Of a stretch of 64,000 bases of DNA, positions 1 to 11,000 are shown in pieces; the first letter of the stretch is position 1, and each line of letters opens with the position of its first letter. This DNA comes from Antedon mediterranea. Taxonomy: Eukaryota > Animalia > Echinodermata. Under the pieces are notes generated by a model. It had not been told where the DNA came from. It saw only the letters and a list, made by a program, of their open reading frames with translations, and searched no databases. The translations under genes were made by a program, and so were the position numbers. The stretch covers positions 13,201,812-13,265,811 of the forward strand of contig NC_092675.1 of NCBI RefSeq assembly GCF_964355755.1. Direction: 5' to 3'.

Positions 1-260
1 TTTTGTGATTTTCGAAAAAAAATTGTTAACATAAAAACACCAAAGTGTTTAGAATAGCTTCAAATCGCATTTGGAGACGTTTTAGACCAATTTGTGATTT
101 TCGAAAAAACTTATCAACATAAAAACACCAAAGGGTTTAGAATAGCTTCAAATCGCATTTGGAGACGTTTTAGACCATTTTGTGATTTTGAAAAAACTTG
201 TTAACATAAAAACACCAAAGTGCTTAGAATAGCTTCAAATCGCATTTGGAGACGTTTTAG

Positions 261-348
261 ACCATTTTGTGATTTTCGAAAAAACTTGTTAACATAAAAA
301 CACCAAAGTGCTTAGAATAGCTTCAAATCGTATTTGGAGACGTTTTAG
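261..348 (+). repeat. Example type A monomer, 88 bp; consensus ACCATTTTGTGATTTTCGAAAAAACTTGTTAACATAAAAACACCAAAGTGCTTAGAATAGCTTCAAATCGCATTTGGAGACGTTTTAG
   Basis: Junction-to-junction distance is 88 bp. This is the most abundant type. This copy carries the TCGT variant of TCGC. Confidence 0.95.
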
Positions 349-600
349 ACCATTTTGAGATTTTCGAAAAAACTTGGTTACACAAAAACATCAAAGTGCT
401 TAAAATCACATTATAAACCGTTTTAGACCATTTTGAGCATTTCGGTAACACTTTTCACACAAAAACATCAAAGAGCACAAAATAGCTTAATATCGTATTT
501 AAAAACGTTTTAGACCATTTTGAGCCTTTAGACAAAACTTTTTCACACAAAACACCAAAGTGCTTAGAATAGCTTCAAATCGCATTTGGAGACGTTTTAG
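349..600 (+). repeat. Example B-C-D trimer, 252 bp (B 349-426, 78 bp; C 427-513, 87 bp; D 514-600, 87 bp)
   Basis: B carries GGTTACACAAAAACATC...AAAATCACATTATAAACCG. C carries AAAGAGCACAAAATAGCTTAATATCGTATTTAAAAA. D carries ACAAAACTTTTTCACACAAAACACC plus an A-type 3' half. The same order recurs throughout the window. Confidence 0.93.
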
Positions 601-853
601 ACCATTTTGTGCATTTCGATGAAACTTGGTTACACAAAAACATCAAAGTGCTTAAAATCACATTATAAATCGTTTTAGACCATTTTGAGCATTTCGACAA
701 AACTTTTTCACACAAAATACCAAAGTGCTTAGAATAGCTTCAAATCGCATTTGGAGACGTTTTAGACCATTTTGTGATTTTCGAAAAAACTTTTTAACAT
801 AAAAACACCAAAGTGCTTAGAATAGCTTCAAATCACATTTGGAGACGTTTTAG

Positions 854-891
854 ACCATAAGTGCTTAGAATCACATTATAAACCGTTTTAG
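854..891 (+). repeat. 38-bp truncated monomer ACCATAAGTGCTTAGAATCACATTATAAACCGTTTTAG (40-bp internal deletion of the 78-bp A/B chimera)
   Basis: Seen starting at 854, 3143, 4476, 7271, 16596, 17827, 20339, 25317, 27758, 30893, 34700, 39803, 44448, 54246, 56427 and 58696. Confidence 0.92.
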
Positions 892-1945
892 ACCATTTTG
901 AGCATTTCGATAACAATTTTCACACAAAAACATCAAAGAGCACAAAATAGCTTAATATCGTATTTAAAAATGTTTTAGACCATTTTGAGCATTTAGATAA
1001 AACTTTTTCACACAAAACACCAAAGTGCTTAGAATAGCTTCAAATCGCATTTGGAGACGTTTTAGACCATTTTGTGATTTTTGAAAAAACTTGTTAACAT
1101 AAAAACACCAAAGTGCTTAGAATAGCTTCAAATCACATTTGGAGACGTTTTAGACCATTTTGTGATTTTCGAAAAAACTTGTTAACATAAAAACACGAAA
1201 GTGCTTAGAATAGCTTCAAATCGCATTTGGAAACGTTTTAGACCATTTAGTGATTTTCGAAAAAACTTGTTAACATAAAAACACGAAAGTGCTTAGAATA
1301 GCTTCAAATCGCATTTGGAAACGTTTTAGACCATTTTGTGATTTTCGAAAAAAATTGTTAACATAAAAACACCAAAGTGTTTAGAATAGCTTCAAATCGC
1401 ATTTGGAGACGTTTTAGACCAATTTGTGATTTTCGAAAAAACTTATCAACATAAAAACACGAAAGTGCTTAGAATAGCTTCAAATCGCATTTGGAAACGT
1501 TTTAGACCATTTTGTGATTTTCGAAAAAACTTGTTAACATAAAAACATAAAAGTGCTTAGAATAGCTTCAAATCGTATTTGGAGACGTTTTAGACCATTT
1601 TGAGATTTTCGAAAAAAACTGTTAACATAAAAACACCAAAGTGCTTAGAATAGCTTCAAATCGCATTTGGAGATGTTTTAGAACATTTTGTGTTCTTCGA
1701 AAAAACCTGTTAACATAAAAACACCAAAGTGCTTAGAATAGCTTCAAATCGCATTTGGAGACGTTTTAGACCATTTTGTGATTTTTGAAAAAACTTGTTA
1801 ACATAAAAACACCAAAGTGCTTAGAATAGCTTCAAATCACATTTGGAGACGTTTTAGACCATTTTGTGATTTTCGAAAAAACTTGTTAACATAAAAACAC
1901 GAAAGTGGTTAGAATAGCTTCAAATCGCATTTGGAAACGTTTTAG

Positions 1946-2023
1946 ACCATTTTGTGATTTTCGAAAAAGATTGTTAACATAAAAACACCAAAGTGCTTAG
2001 AATCACAATATAAACCGTTTTAG
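1946..2023 (+). repeat. Example 78-bp chimeric monomer (A-type 5' half, B-type 3' half)
   Basis: The A-like GATTTTCGAAAAAGATTGTTAACATAAAAACACCAAAGTGCTTAGAAT is fused to the B-like CACAATATAAACCGTTTTAG. It recurs many times and is followed by C-D. Confidence 0.88.
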
Positions 2024-5000
2024 ACCATTTTGAGCATTTCGATAACAATTTTCACACAAAAACATCAAAGAGCACAAAATAGCTTAATATCGTATTTAAA
2101 AATGTTTTAGACCATTTTGAGCATTTAGATAAAACTTTTTCACACAAAACACCAAAGTGCTTAGAATAGCTTCAAATCGCATTTGGAGACGGTTTAGACC
2201 ATTTTGTGATTTTGAAAAAACTTGTTAACATAAAAACACCAAAGTGCTTAGAATAGCTTCAAATCGCATTTGGAGACGTTTTAGACCATTTTGTGATTTT
2301 CGAAAGAACTTGTTAACATAAAAACACCAAAGTGCTTAGAATAGCTTCAAATCGTATTTGGAGACGTTTTAGACCATTTTGAGATTTTCGAAAAAACTTG
2401 GTTACACAAAAACATCAAAGTGCTTAAAATCACATTATAAACCGTTTTAGACCATTTTGAACATTTCGATAACACTTTTCACACAAAAACATCAAAGAGC
2501 ACAAAATAGCTTAATATCGTATTTAAAAACGTTTTAGACCATTTTGAGCATTTCGACAAAACTTTTTCACACAAAACACCAAAGTGCTTAGAATAGCTTC
2601 AAATCGCATTTGGAGACGTTTTAGACCAATTTGTGCATTTCGATGAAACTTGATTACACAAAAACATCAACGTGCTTAAAATCACATTATAAACCGTTTT
2701 AGACCATTTTGAGCATTTCGATAACACTTTTCACACAAAAACATCAAAGAGCACAAAATAGCTTAATATCGTATTTAAAAACGTTTTAGACCATTTTTTG
2801 AGCATTTAGACAAAACTTTTTCACACAAAACACCAAAGTGCTTAGAATAGCTTCAAATCGCATTTGGAGACGTTTTAGACCATTTTGTGATTTTCGAAAA
2901 AACTTATCAACATAAAAACACCAAAGGGTTTAGAATAGCTTCAAATCGCATTTGGAGACGTTTTAGACCATTTTGTGATTTTTGAAAAAACTTGTTAACA
3001 TAAAAACACCAAAGTGCTTAGAATAGCTTCAAATCACATTTGGAGACGTTTTAGACCATTTTGTGATTTTCGAAAAAACTTTTTAACATAAAAACACCAA
3101 AGTGCTTAGAATAGCTTCAAATCACATTTGGAGACGTTTTAGACCATAAGTGCTTAGAATCACATTATAAACCGTTTTAGACCATTTTGAGCATTTCGAT
3201 AACAATTTTCACACAAAAACATCAAAGAGCACAAAATAGCTTAATATCGTATTTAAAAATGTTTTAGACAATTTTGAGCATTTAGATAAAACTTTTTCAC
3301 ACAAAACACCAAAGTGCTTAGAATAGCTTCAAATCGCATTTGGAGACGTTTTAGACCATTTTGTGATTTTTGAAAAAACTTGTTAACATAAAAACACCAA
3401 AGTGCTTAGAATAGCTTCAAATCACATTTGGAGACGTTTTAGACCATTTTGTGATTTTCGAAAAAACTTGTTAACATAAAAACACGAAAGTGCTTAGAAT
3501 AGCTTCAAATCGCATTTGGAAACGTTTTAGACCATTTAGTGATTTTCGAAAAAACTTGTTAACATAAAAACACGAAAGTGCTTAGAATAGCTTCAAATCG
3601 CATTTGGAAACGTTTTAGACCATTTTGTGATTTTCGAAAAAAATTGTTAACATAAAAACACCAAAGTGTTTAGAATAGCTTCAAATCGCATTTGGAGACG
3701 TTTTAGACCAATTTGTGATTTTCGAAAAAACTTATCAACATAAAAACACCAAAGGGTTTAGAATAGCTTCAAATCGCATTTGGAGACGTTTTAGACCATT
3801 TTGTGATTTTCGAAAAAACTTGTTAACATAAAAACACGAAAGTGCTTAAAATAGCTTCAAATCGCATTTGGAAACGTTTTAGACCATTTTGTGATTTTCG
3901 AAAAAACTTGTTAACATAAAAACACCAAAGTGCTTAGAATAGCTTCAAATCGTATTTGGAGACGTTTTAGACCATTTTGAGATTTTCGAAAAAACTTGGT
4001 TACACAAAAACATCAAAGTGCTTAAAATCACATTATAAACCGTTTTAGACCATTTTGAGCATTTCGGTAACACTTTTCACACAAAAACATCAAAGAGCAC
4101 AAAATAGCTTAATATCGTATTTAAAAACGTTTTAGACCATTTTGAGCATTTAGACAAAACTTTTTCACACAAAACACCAAAGTGCTTAGAATAGCTTCAA
4201 ATCGCATTTGGAGACGTTTTAGACCATTTTGTGCATTTCGATGAAACTTGGTTACACAAAAACATCAAAGTGCTTAAAATCACATTATAAATCGTTTTAG
4301 ACCATTTTGAGCATTTCGACAAAACTTTTTCACACAAAATACCAAAGTGCTTAGAATAGCTTCAAATCGCATTTGGAGACGTTTTAGACCATTTTGTGAT
4401 TTTCGAAAAAACTTTTTAACATAAAAACACCAAAGTGCTTAGAATAGCTTCAAATCACATTTGGAGACGTTTTAGACCATAAGTGCTTAGAATCACATTA
4501 TAAACCGTTTTAGACCATTTTGAGCATTTCGATAACAATTTTCACACAAAAACATCAAAGAGCACAAAATAGCTTAATATCGTATTTAAAAATGTTTTAG
4601 ACAATTTTGAGCATTTAGATAAAACTTTTTCACACAAAACACCAAAGTGCTTAGAATAGCTTCAAATCGCATTTGGAGACGTTTTAGACCATTTTGTGAT
4701 TTTTGAAAAAACTTGTTAACATAAAAACACCAAAGTGCTTAGAATAGCTTCAAATCACATTTGGAGACGTTTTAGACCATTTTGTGATTTTCGAAAAAAC
4801 TTGTTAACATAAAAACACGAAAGTGCTTAGAATAGCTTCAAATCGCATTTGGAAACGTTTTAGACCATTTAGTGATTTTCGAAAAAACTTGTTAACATAA
4901 AAACACGAAAGTGCTTAGAATAGCTTCAAATCGCATTTGGAAACGTTTTAGACCATTTTGTGATTTTCGAAAAAAATTGTTAACATAAAAACACCAAAGT

Positions 5001-8000
5001 GTTTAGAATAGCTTCAAATCGCATTTGGAGACGTTTTAGACCAATTTGTGATTTTCGAAAAAACTTATCAACATAAAAACACCAAAGGGTTTAGAATAGC
5101 TTCAAATCGCATTTGGAGACGTTTTAGACCATTTTGTGATTTTCGAAAAAACTTGTTAACATAAAAACACGAAAGTGCTTAGAATAGCTTCAAATCGCAT
5201 TTGGAAACGTTTTAGACCATTTTGTGATTTTCGAAAAAACTTGTTAACATAAAAACATGAAAGTGCTTAGAATAGCTTCAAATCGTATTTGGAGACGTTT
5301 TAGACCATTTTGTGATTTTCGAAAAAACTTGTTAACATAAAAACACCAATGTGCTTAGAATAGCTTCAAATCGCATTTTGAGACGTTTTAGACCATTTTG
5401 TGCATTTCGATGAAACTTGGTTACACAAAAACATCAAAGTGCTTAAAATCACATTATAAACCATTTTAGACCATTTTGAGCATTTCGATAACACTTTTCA
5501 CACAAAAACATCAAAGAGCACAAAATAGCTTAATATCGTATTTAAAAACGTTTTAGACCATTTTGAGCATTTCGACAAAACTTTTTCACACAAAACACCA
5601 AAGTGCTTAGAATAGCTTCAAATCGCATTTGGAGACGTTTTAGACCATTTTGTGATTTTCGAAAAAACTTGTTAACATAAAAACATCAAAGTGTACAGAA
5701 TAACTTCAAATCGCATTTGGAGACCGTTTTAGGCCAATTTGTGATTTTCGAAAAAACTTGTTAACCTAAAAATACCAAAGTGTTTAGAATAGCTTCAAAT
5801 CGCATTTGGAGACGTTTTAGAACATTTTGTGATTTTCGAAAAAACTTGTTAACATAAAAACACCAAAGTGCTTCAAATCGCATTTGGAGACATTTTAGAC
5901 CAATTTGTGATTTTTGAAAAAACTTGTTAACATAAAAACACCAAAGTGCTTACAATAGCTTCAAATCGTATTTGGAGACGTTTTAGACCATTTTGTGATT
6001 TTCGAAAAAACTTGTTAACATAAAAACACCAAAGTACTTAGAATAGCTTCAAATCGCATTTGGAGACGTTTTAGACCATTTTATGCATTTCGATGAAACT
6101 TGGTTACACAAAAACATCAAAGTGCTTAAAATCACATTATAATCCGTTTTAGACCATTTTGAGCATTTCGATAACACTTTTCACACAAAAACATCAAAGA
6201 GCACAAAATAGCTTAATATCGTATTTAAAAACTTTTTAGACCATTTTGAGCATTTCGACAAAACTTTTTCACACAAAACACCAAAGTGCTTAGAATAGCT
6301 TCAAATCGCATTTGGAGACGTTTTAGACCATTTTGTGATTTTCGAAAAAAATTGTTAACATAAAAACACGAAAGTGCTTAGAATAGCTTCAAATCGCATT
6401 TGGAAACGTTTTAGACCATTTTGTGATTTTCGAAAAAAATTGTTAACATAAAAACACCAAAGTGTTTAGAATAGCTTCAAATCGCATTTGGAGACGTTTT
6501 AGACCAATTTGTGATTTTCGAAAAAACTTATCAACATAAAAACACCAAAGGGTTTAGAATAGCTTCAAATCGCATTTGGAGACGTTTTAGACCATTTTGT
6601 GATTTTGAAAAAACTTGTTAACATAAAAACACCAAAGTGCTTAGAATAGCTTCAAATCGCATTTGGAGACGTTTTAGACCATTTTGTGATTTTCGAAAAA
6701 ACTTGTTAACATAAAAACACCAAAGTGCTTAGAATAGCTTCAAATCGTATTTGGAGACGTTTTAGACCATTTTGAGATTTTCGAAAAAAATTGGTTACAC
6801 AAAAACATCAAAGTGCTTAAAATCACATTATAAACCGTTTTAGACCATTTTTAGCATTTCGGTAACACTTTTCACACAAAAACATCAAAGAGCACAAAAT
6901 AGCTTAATATCGTATTTAAAAACGTTTTAGACCATTTTGAGCATTTAGACAAAACTTTTTCACACAAAACACCAAAGTGCTTAGAATAGCTTCAAATCGC
7001 ATTTGGAGACGTTTTAGACCATTTTGTGCATTTCGATGAAACTTGGTTACACAAAAACATCAAAGTGCTTAAAATCACATTATAAATCGTTTTAGACCAT
7101 TTTGAGCATTTCGACAAAACTTTTTCACACAAAATACCAAAGTGCTTAGAATAGCTTCAAATCGCATTTGGAGACGTTTTAGACCATTTTGTGATTTTCG
7201 AAAAAACTTTTTAACATAAAAACACCAAAGTGCTTAGAATAGCTTCAAATCACATTTGGAGACGTTTTAGACCATAAGTGCTTAGAATCACATTATAAAC
7301 CGTTTTAGACCATTTTGAGCATTTCGATAACAATTTTCACACAAAAACATCAAAGAGCACAAAATAGCTTAATATCGTATTTAAAAATGTTTTAGACCAT
7401 TTTGAGCATTTAGATAAAACTTTTTCACACAAAACACCAAAGTGCTTAGAATAGCTTCAAATCGCATTTGGAGACGTTTTAGACCATTTTGTGATTTTTG
7501 AAAAAACTTGTTAACATAAAAACACCAAAGTGCTTAGAATAGCTTCAAATCACATTTGGAGATGTTTTAGACCATTTTGTGATTTTTGAAAAAACTTGTT
7601 AACATAAAAACACGAAAGTGCTTAGAATAGCTTCAAATCACATTTGGAGACGTTGTAGACCATTTTGTGATTTTTGAAAAAACTTGTTAACATAAAAACA
7701 CGAAAGTGCTTAGAATAGCTTCAAATCGCATTTGGAAACGTTTTAGACCATTTTGTGATTTTCGAAAAAGATTGTTAACATAAAAACACCAATGTGCTTA
7801 GAATCACAATATAAACCGTTTTAGACCATTTTGAGCATTTCGATAACAATTTTCACACAAAAACATCAAAGAGCACAAAATAGCTTAATATTGTATTTAT
7901 AAATGTTTTAGACCATTTTGAGCATTTCGACAAAACTTTTTCACACAAAACACCAAAGTGCTTAGAATAGCTTCAAATCGCATTTGGAGACGTTTTTTAT

Positions 8001-8029
8001 ACCATTTTGTGATTTCGATGAAACTTGAT

Positions 8030-11000
8030 TACACAAAAACATCAAAGTGCTTAAAATCACATTATAAACCGTTTTAGACCATTTTGAGCATTTCGATAAC
8101 ACTTTTCACACAAAAACATCAAAGAGCACAAAATAGCTTAATATCGTATTTAAAAACGTTTTAGACCATTTTGAGCATTTAGACAAAACTTTTTCACACA
8201 AAACACCAAAGTGCTTAGAATAGCTTCAAATCGCATTTGGAGACGTTTTAGACCAATTTGTGCATTTCGATGAAACTTGATTACACAAAAACATCAAAGT
8301 GCTTAAAATCACATTATAAACCGTTTTAGACCATTTTGAGCATTTCGATAACACTTTTCACACAAAAACATCAAAGAGCACAAAATAGCTTAATATCGTA
8401 TTTAAAAACGTTTTAGACCATTTTGAGCATTTAGACAAAACTTTTTCACACAAAACACCAAAGTGCTAAGAATAGCTTCAAATCGCATTTGGAGACGTTT
8501 TAGAACATTTTGTGTTTTTCGAAAAAAACTGTTAACATAAAAACACCAAAGTGCTTAGAATAGCTTCAAATCGCATTTGGAGACGTTTTAGAACATTTTG
8601 TGTTCTTCGAAAAAACCTGTTAACATAAAAACACCAAAGTGCTTAGAATAGCTTCAAATCGCATTTGGAGACGTTTTAGACCATTTTGTGATTTTTGAAA
8701 AAACTTGTTAACATAAAAACACCAAAGTGCTTAGAATAGCTTCAAATCACATTTGGAGACGTTTTAGACCATTTTGTGATTTTCGAAAAAACTTGTTAAC
8801 ATAAAAACACGAAAGTGCTTAGAATAGCTTCAAATCGCATTTGGAAACGTTTTAGACCATTTTGTGATTTTCGAAAAAGATTGTTAACATAAAAACACCA
8901 AAGTGCTTAGAATCACAATATAAACCGTTTTAGACCATTTTGAGCATTTCGATAACAATTTTCACACAAAAACATCAAAGAGCACAAAATAGCTTAATAT
9001 CGTATTTAAAAATGTTTTAGACCATTTTGAGCATTTAGATAAAATTTTTCACACAAAACACCAAAGTGCTTAGAATAGCTTCAAATCGCATTTGAAGACG
9101 GTTTAGACCATTTTGTGATTTTGAAAAAACTTGTTAACATAAAAACACCAAAGTGCTAAGAATAGCTTCAAATCGCATTTGGAGACGTTTTAGACCATTT
9201 TGTGATTTTCGAAAAAACTTGTTAACATAAAAACACCAAAGTGCTTAGAATAGCTTCAAATCGTATTTGGAGACGTTTTAGACCATTTTGAGATTTTCGA
9301 AAAAACTTGGTTACACAAAAACATCAAAGTGCTTAAAATCACATTATAAACCGTTTTAGACCATTTTGAACATTTCGATAACACTTTTCACACAAAAACA
9401 TCAAAGAGCACAAAATAGCTTAATATCGTATTTAAAAACGTTTTAGACCATTTTAAGCATTTCGACAAAACTTCTTCACACAAAACACCAAAGTGCTTAG
9501 AATAGCTTCAAATCGCATTTGGAGACGTTTTAGACCAATTTGTGCATTTCGATGAAACTTGATTACACAAAAACATCAACGTGCTTAAAATCACATTATA
9601 AACCGTTTTAGACCATTTTGAGCATTTCGATAACACTTTTCACACAAAAACATCAAAGAGCACAAAATAGCTTAATATCGTATTTAAAAACGTTTTAGAC
9701 CATTTTGAGCATTTAGACAAAACTTTTTCACACAAAACACCAAAGTGCTTAGAATAGCTTCAAATCGCATTTGGAGACGTTTTAGACCATTTTGTGCATT
9801 TCGATGAAACTTGGTTACACAAAAACATCAAAGTGCTTAAAATCACATTATAAATCGTTTTAGACCATTTTGAGCATTTCGACAAAACTTTTTCACACAA
9901 AATACCAAAGGGCTTAGAATAGCTTCAAATCGCATTTGGAGACGTTTTAGACCATTTTGTGATTTTCGAAAAAACTTTTTTAACATAAAAAGACAAAAGT
10001 GCTTAGAATAGCTTCAAATCACATTTGGAGACGTTTTAGACCATTTTGTGATTTTCGAAAAAACTTGTTAACATAAAAACACGAAAGTGCTTAGAATAGC
10101 TTCAAATCGCATTTGGAAACGTTTTAGACCATTTTGTGATTTTCGAAAAAAATTGTTAACATAAAAACACCAAAGTGCTTAGAATCACATTATAAACCGT
10201 TTTAGACCATTTTGAGCATTTCGATAACAATTTTCACACAAAAACATCAAAGAGCACAAAATAGCTTAATATCGTATTTAAAAATGTTTTAGACCATTTT
10301 GAGCATTTAGATAAAACTTTTTCACACAAAACACCAAAGTGCTTAGAATAGCTTCAAATCGCATTTGGAGACGGTTTAGACCATTTTGTGATTTTGAAAA
10401 AACTTGTTAACATAAAAACACCAAAGTGCTTAGAATAGCTTCAAATCGCATTTGGAGACGTTTTAGACCATTTTGTGATTTTCGAAAGAACTTGTTAACA
10501 TAAAAACACCAAAGTGCTTAGAATAGCTTCAAATCGTATTTGGAGACGTTTTAGACCCTTTTGAGATTTTCGAAAAAACTTGGTTACACAAAAACATCAA
10601 AGTGCTTAAAATCACATTATAAACCGTTTTAGACCATTTTGAACATTTCGATAACACTTTTCACACAAAAACATCAAAGAGCACAAAATAGCTTAATATC
10701 GTATTTAAAAACGTTTTAGACCATTTTGAGCATTTCGACAAAACTTTTTCACACCAAAGTGCTTAGAATAGCTTCAAATCGCATTTGGAGACGTTTTAGA
10801 CCATTTTGTGATTTTCGAAAAAACTTATCAACATAAAAACACCAAAAGGTTTAGAATAGCTTCAAATCGCATTTGGAGACGTTTTAGACCATTTTGTGAT
10901 TTTTGAAAAAACTTGTTAACATAAAAACACCAAAGTGCTTAGAATAGCTTCAAATCACATTTGGAGACGTTTTAGACCATTTTGTGATTTTCGAAAAAAC

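Noticed and set aside
131-141. Plant telomere-like AGGGTTTAG in one A variant
   Set aside because: It is only 9 bp, never tandem, and is explained by two substitutions from AGTGCTTAG.
615-631. CENP-B-box-like motif TTTCGATGAAACTTGGT in B monomers
   Set aside because: It matches 7 of 9 core positions (TTCG....A....GG) but lacks the essential second CG of CGGG. A match at this level is plausible by chance, and the host is unknown.
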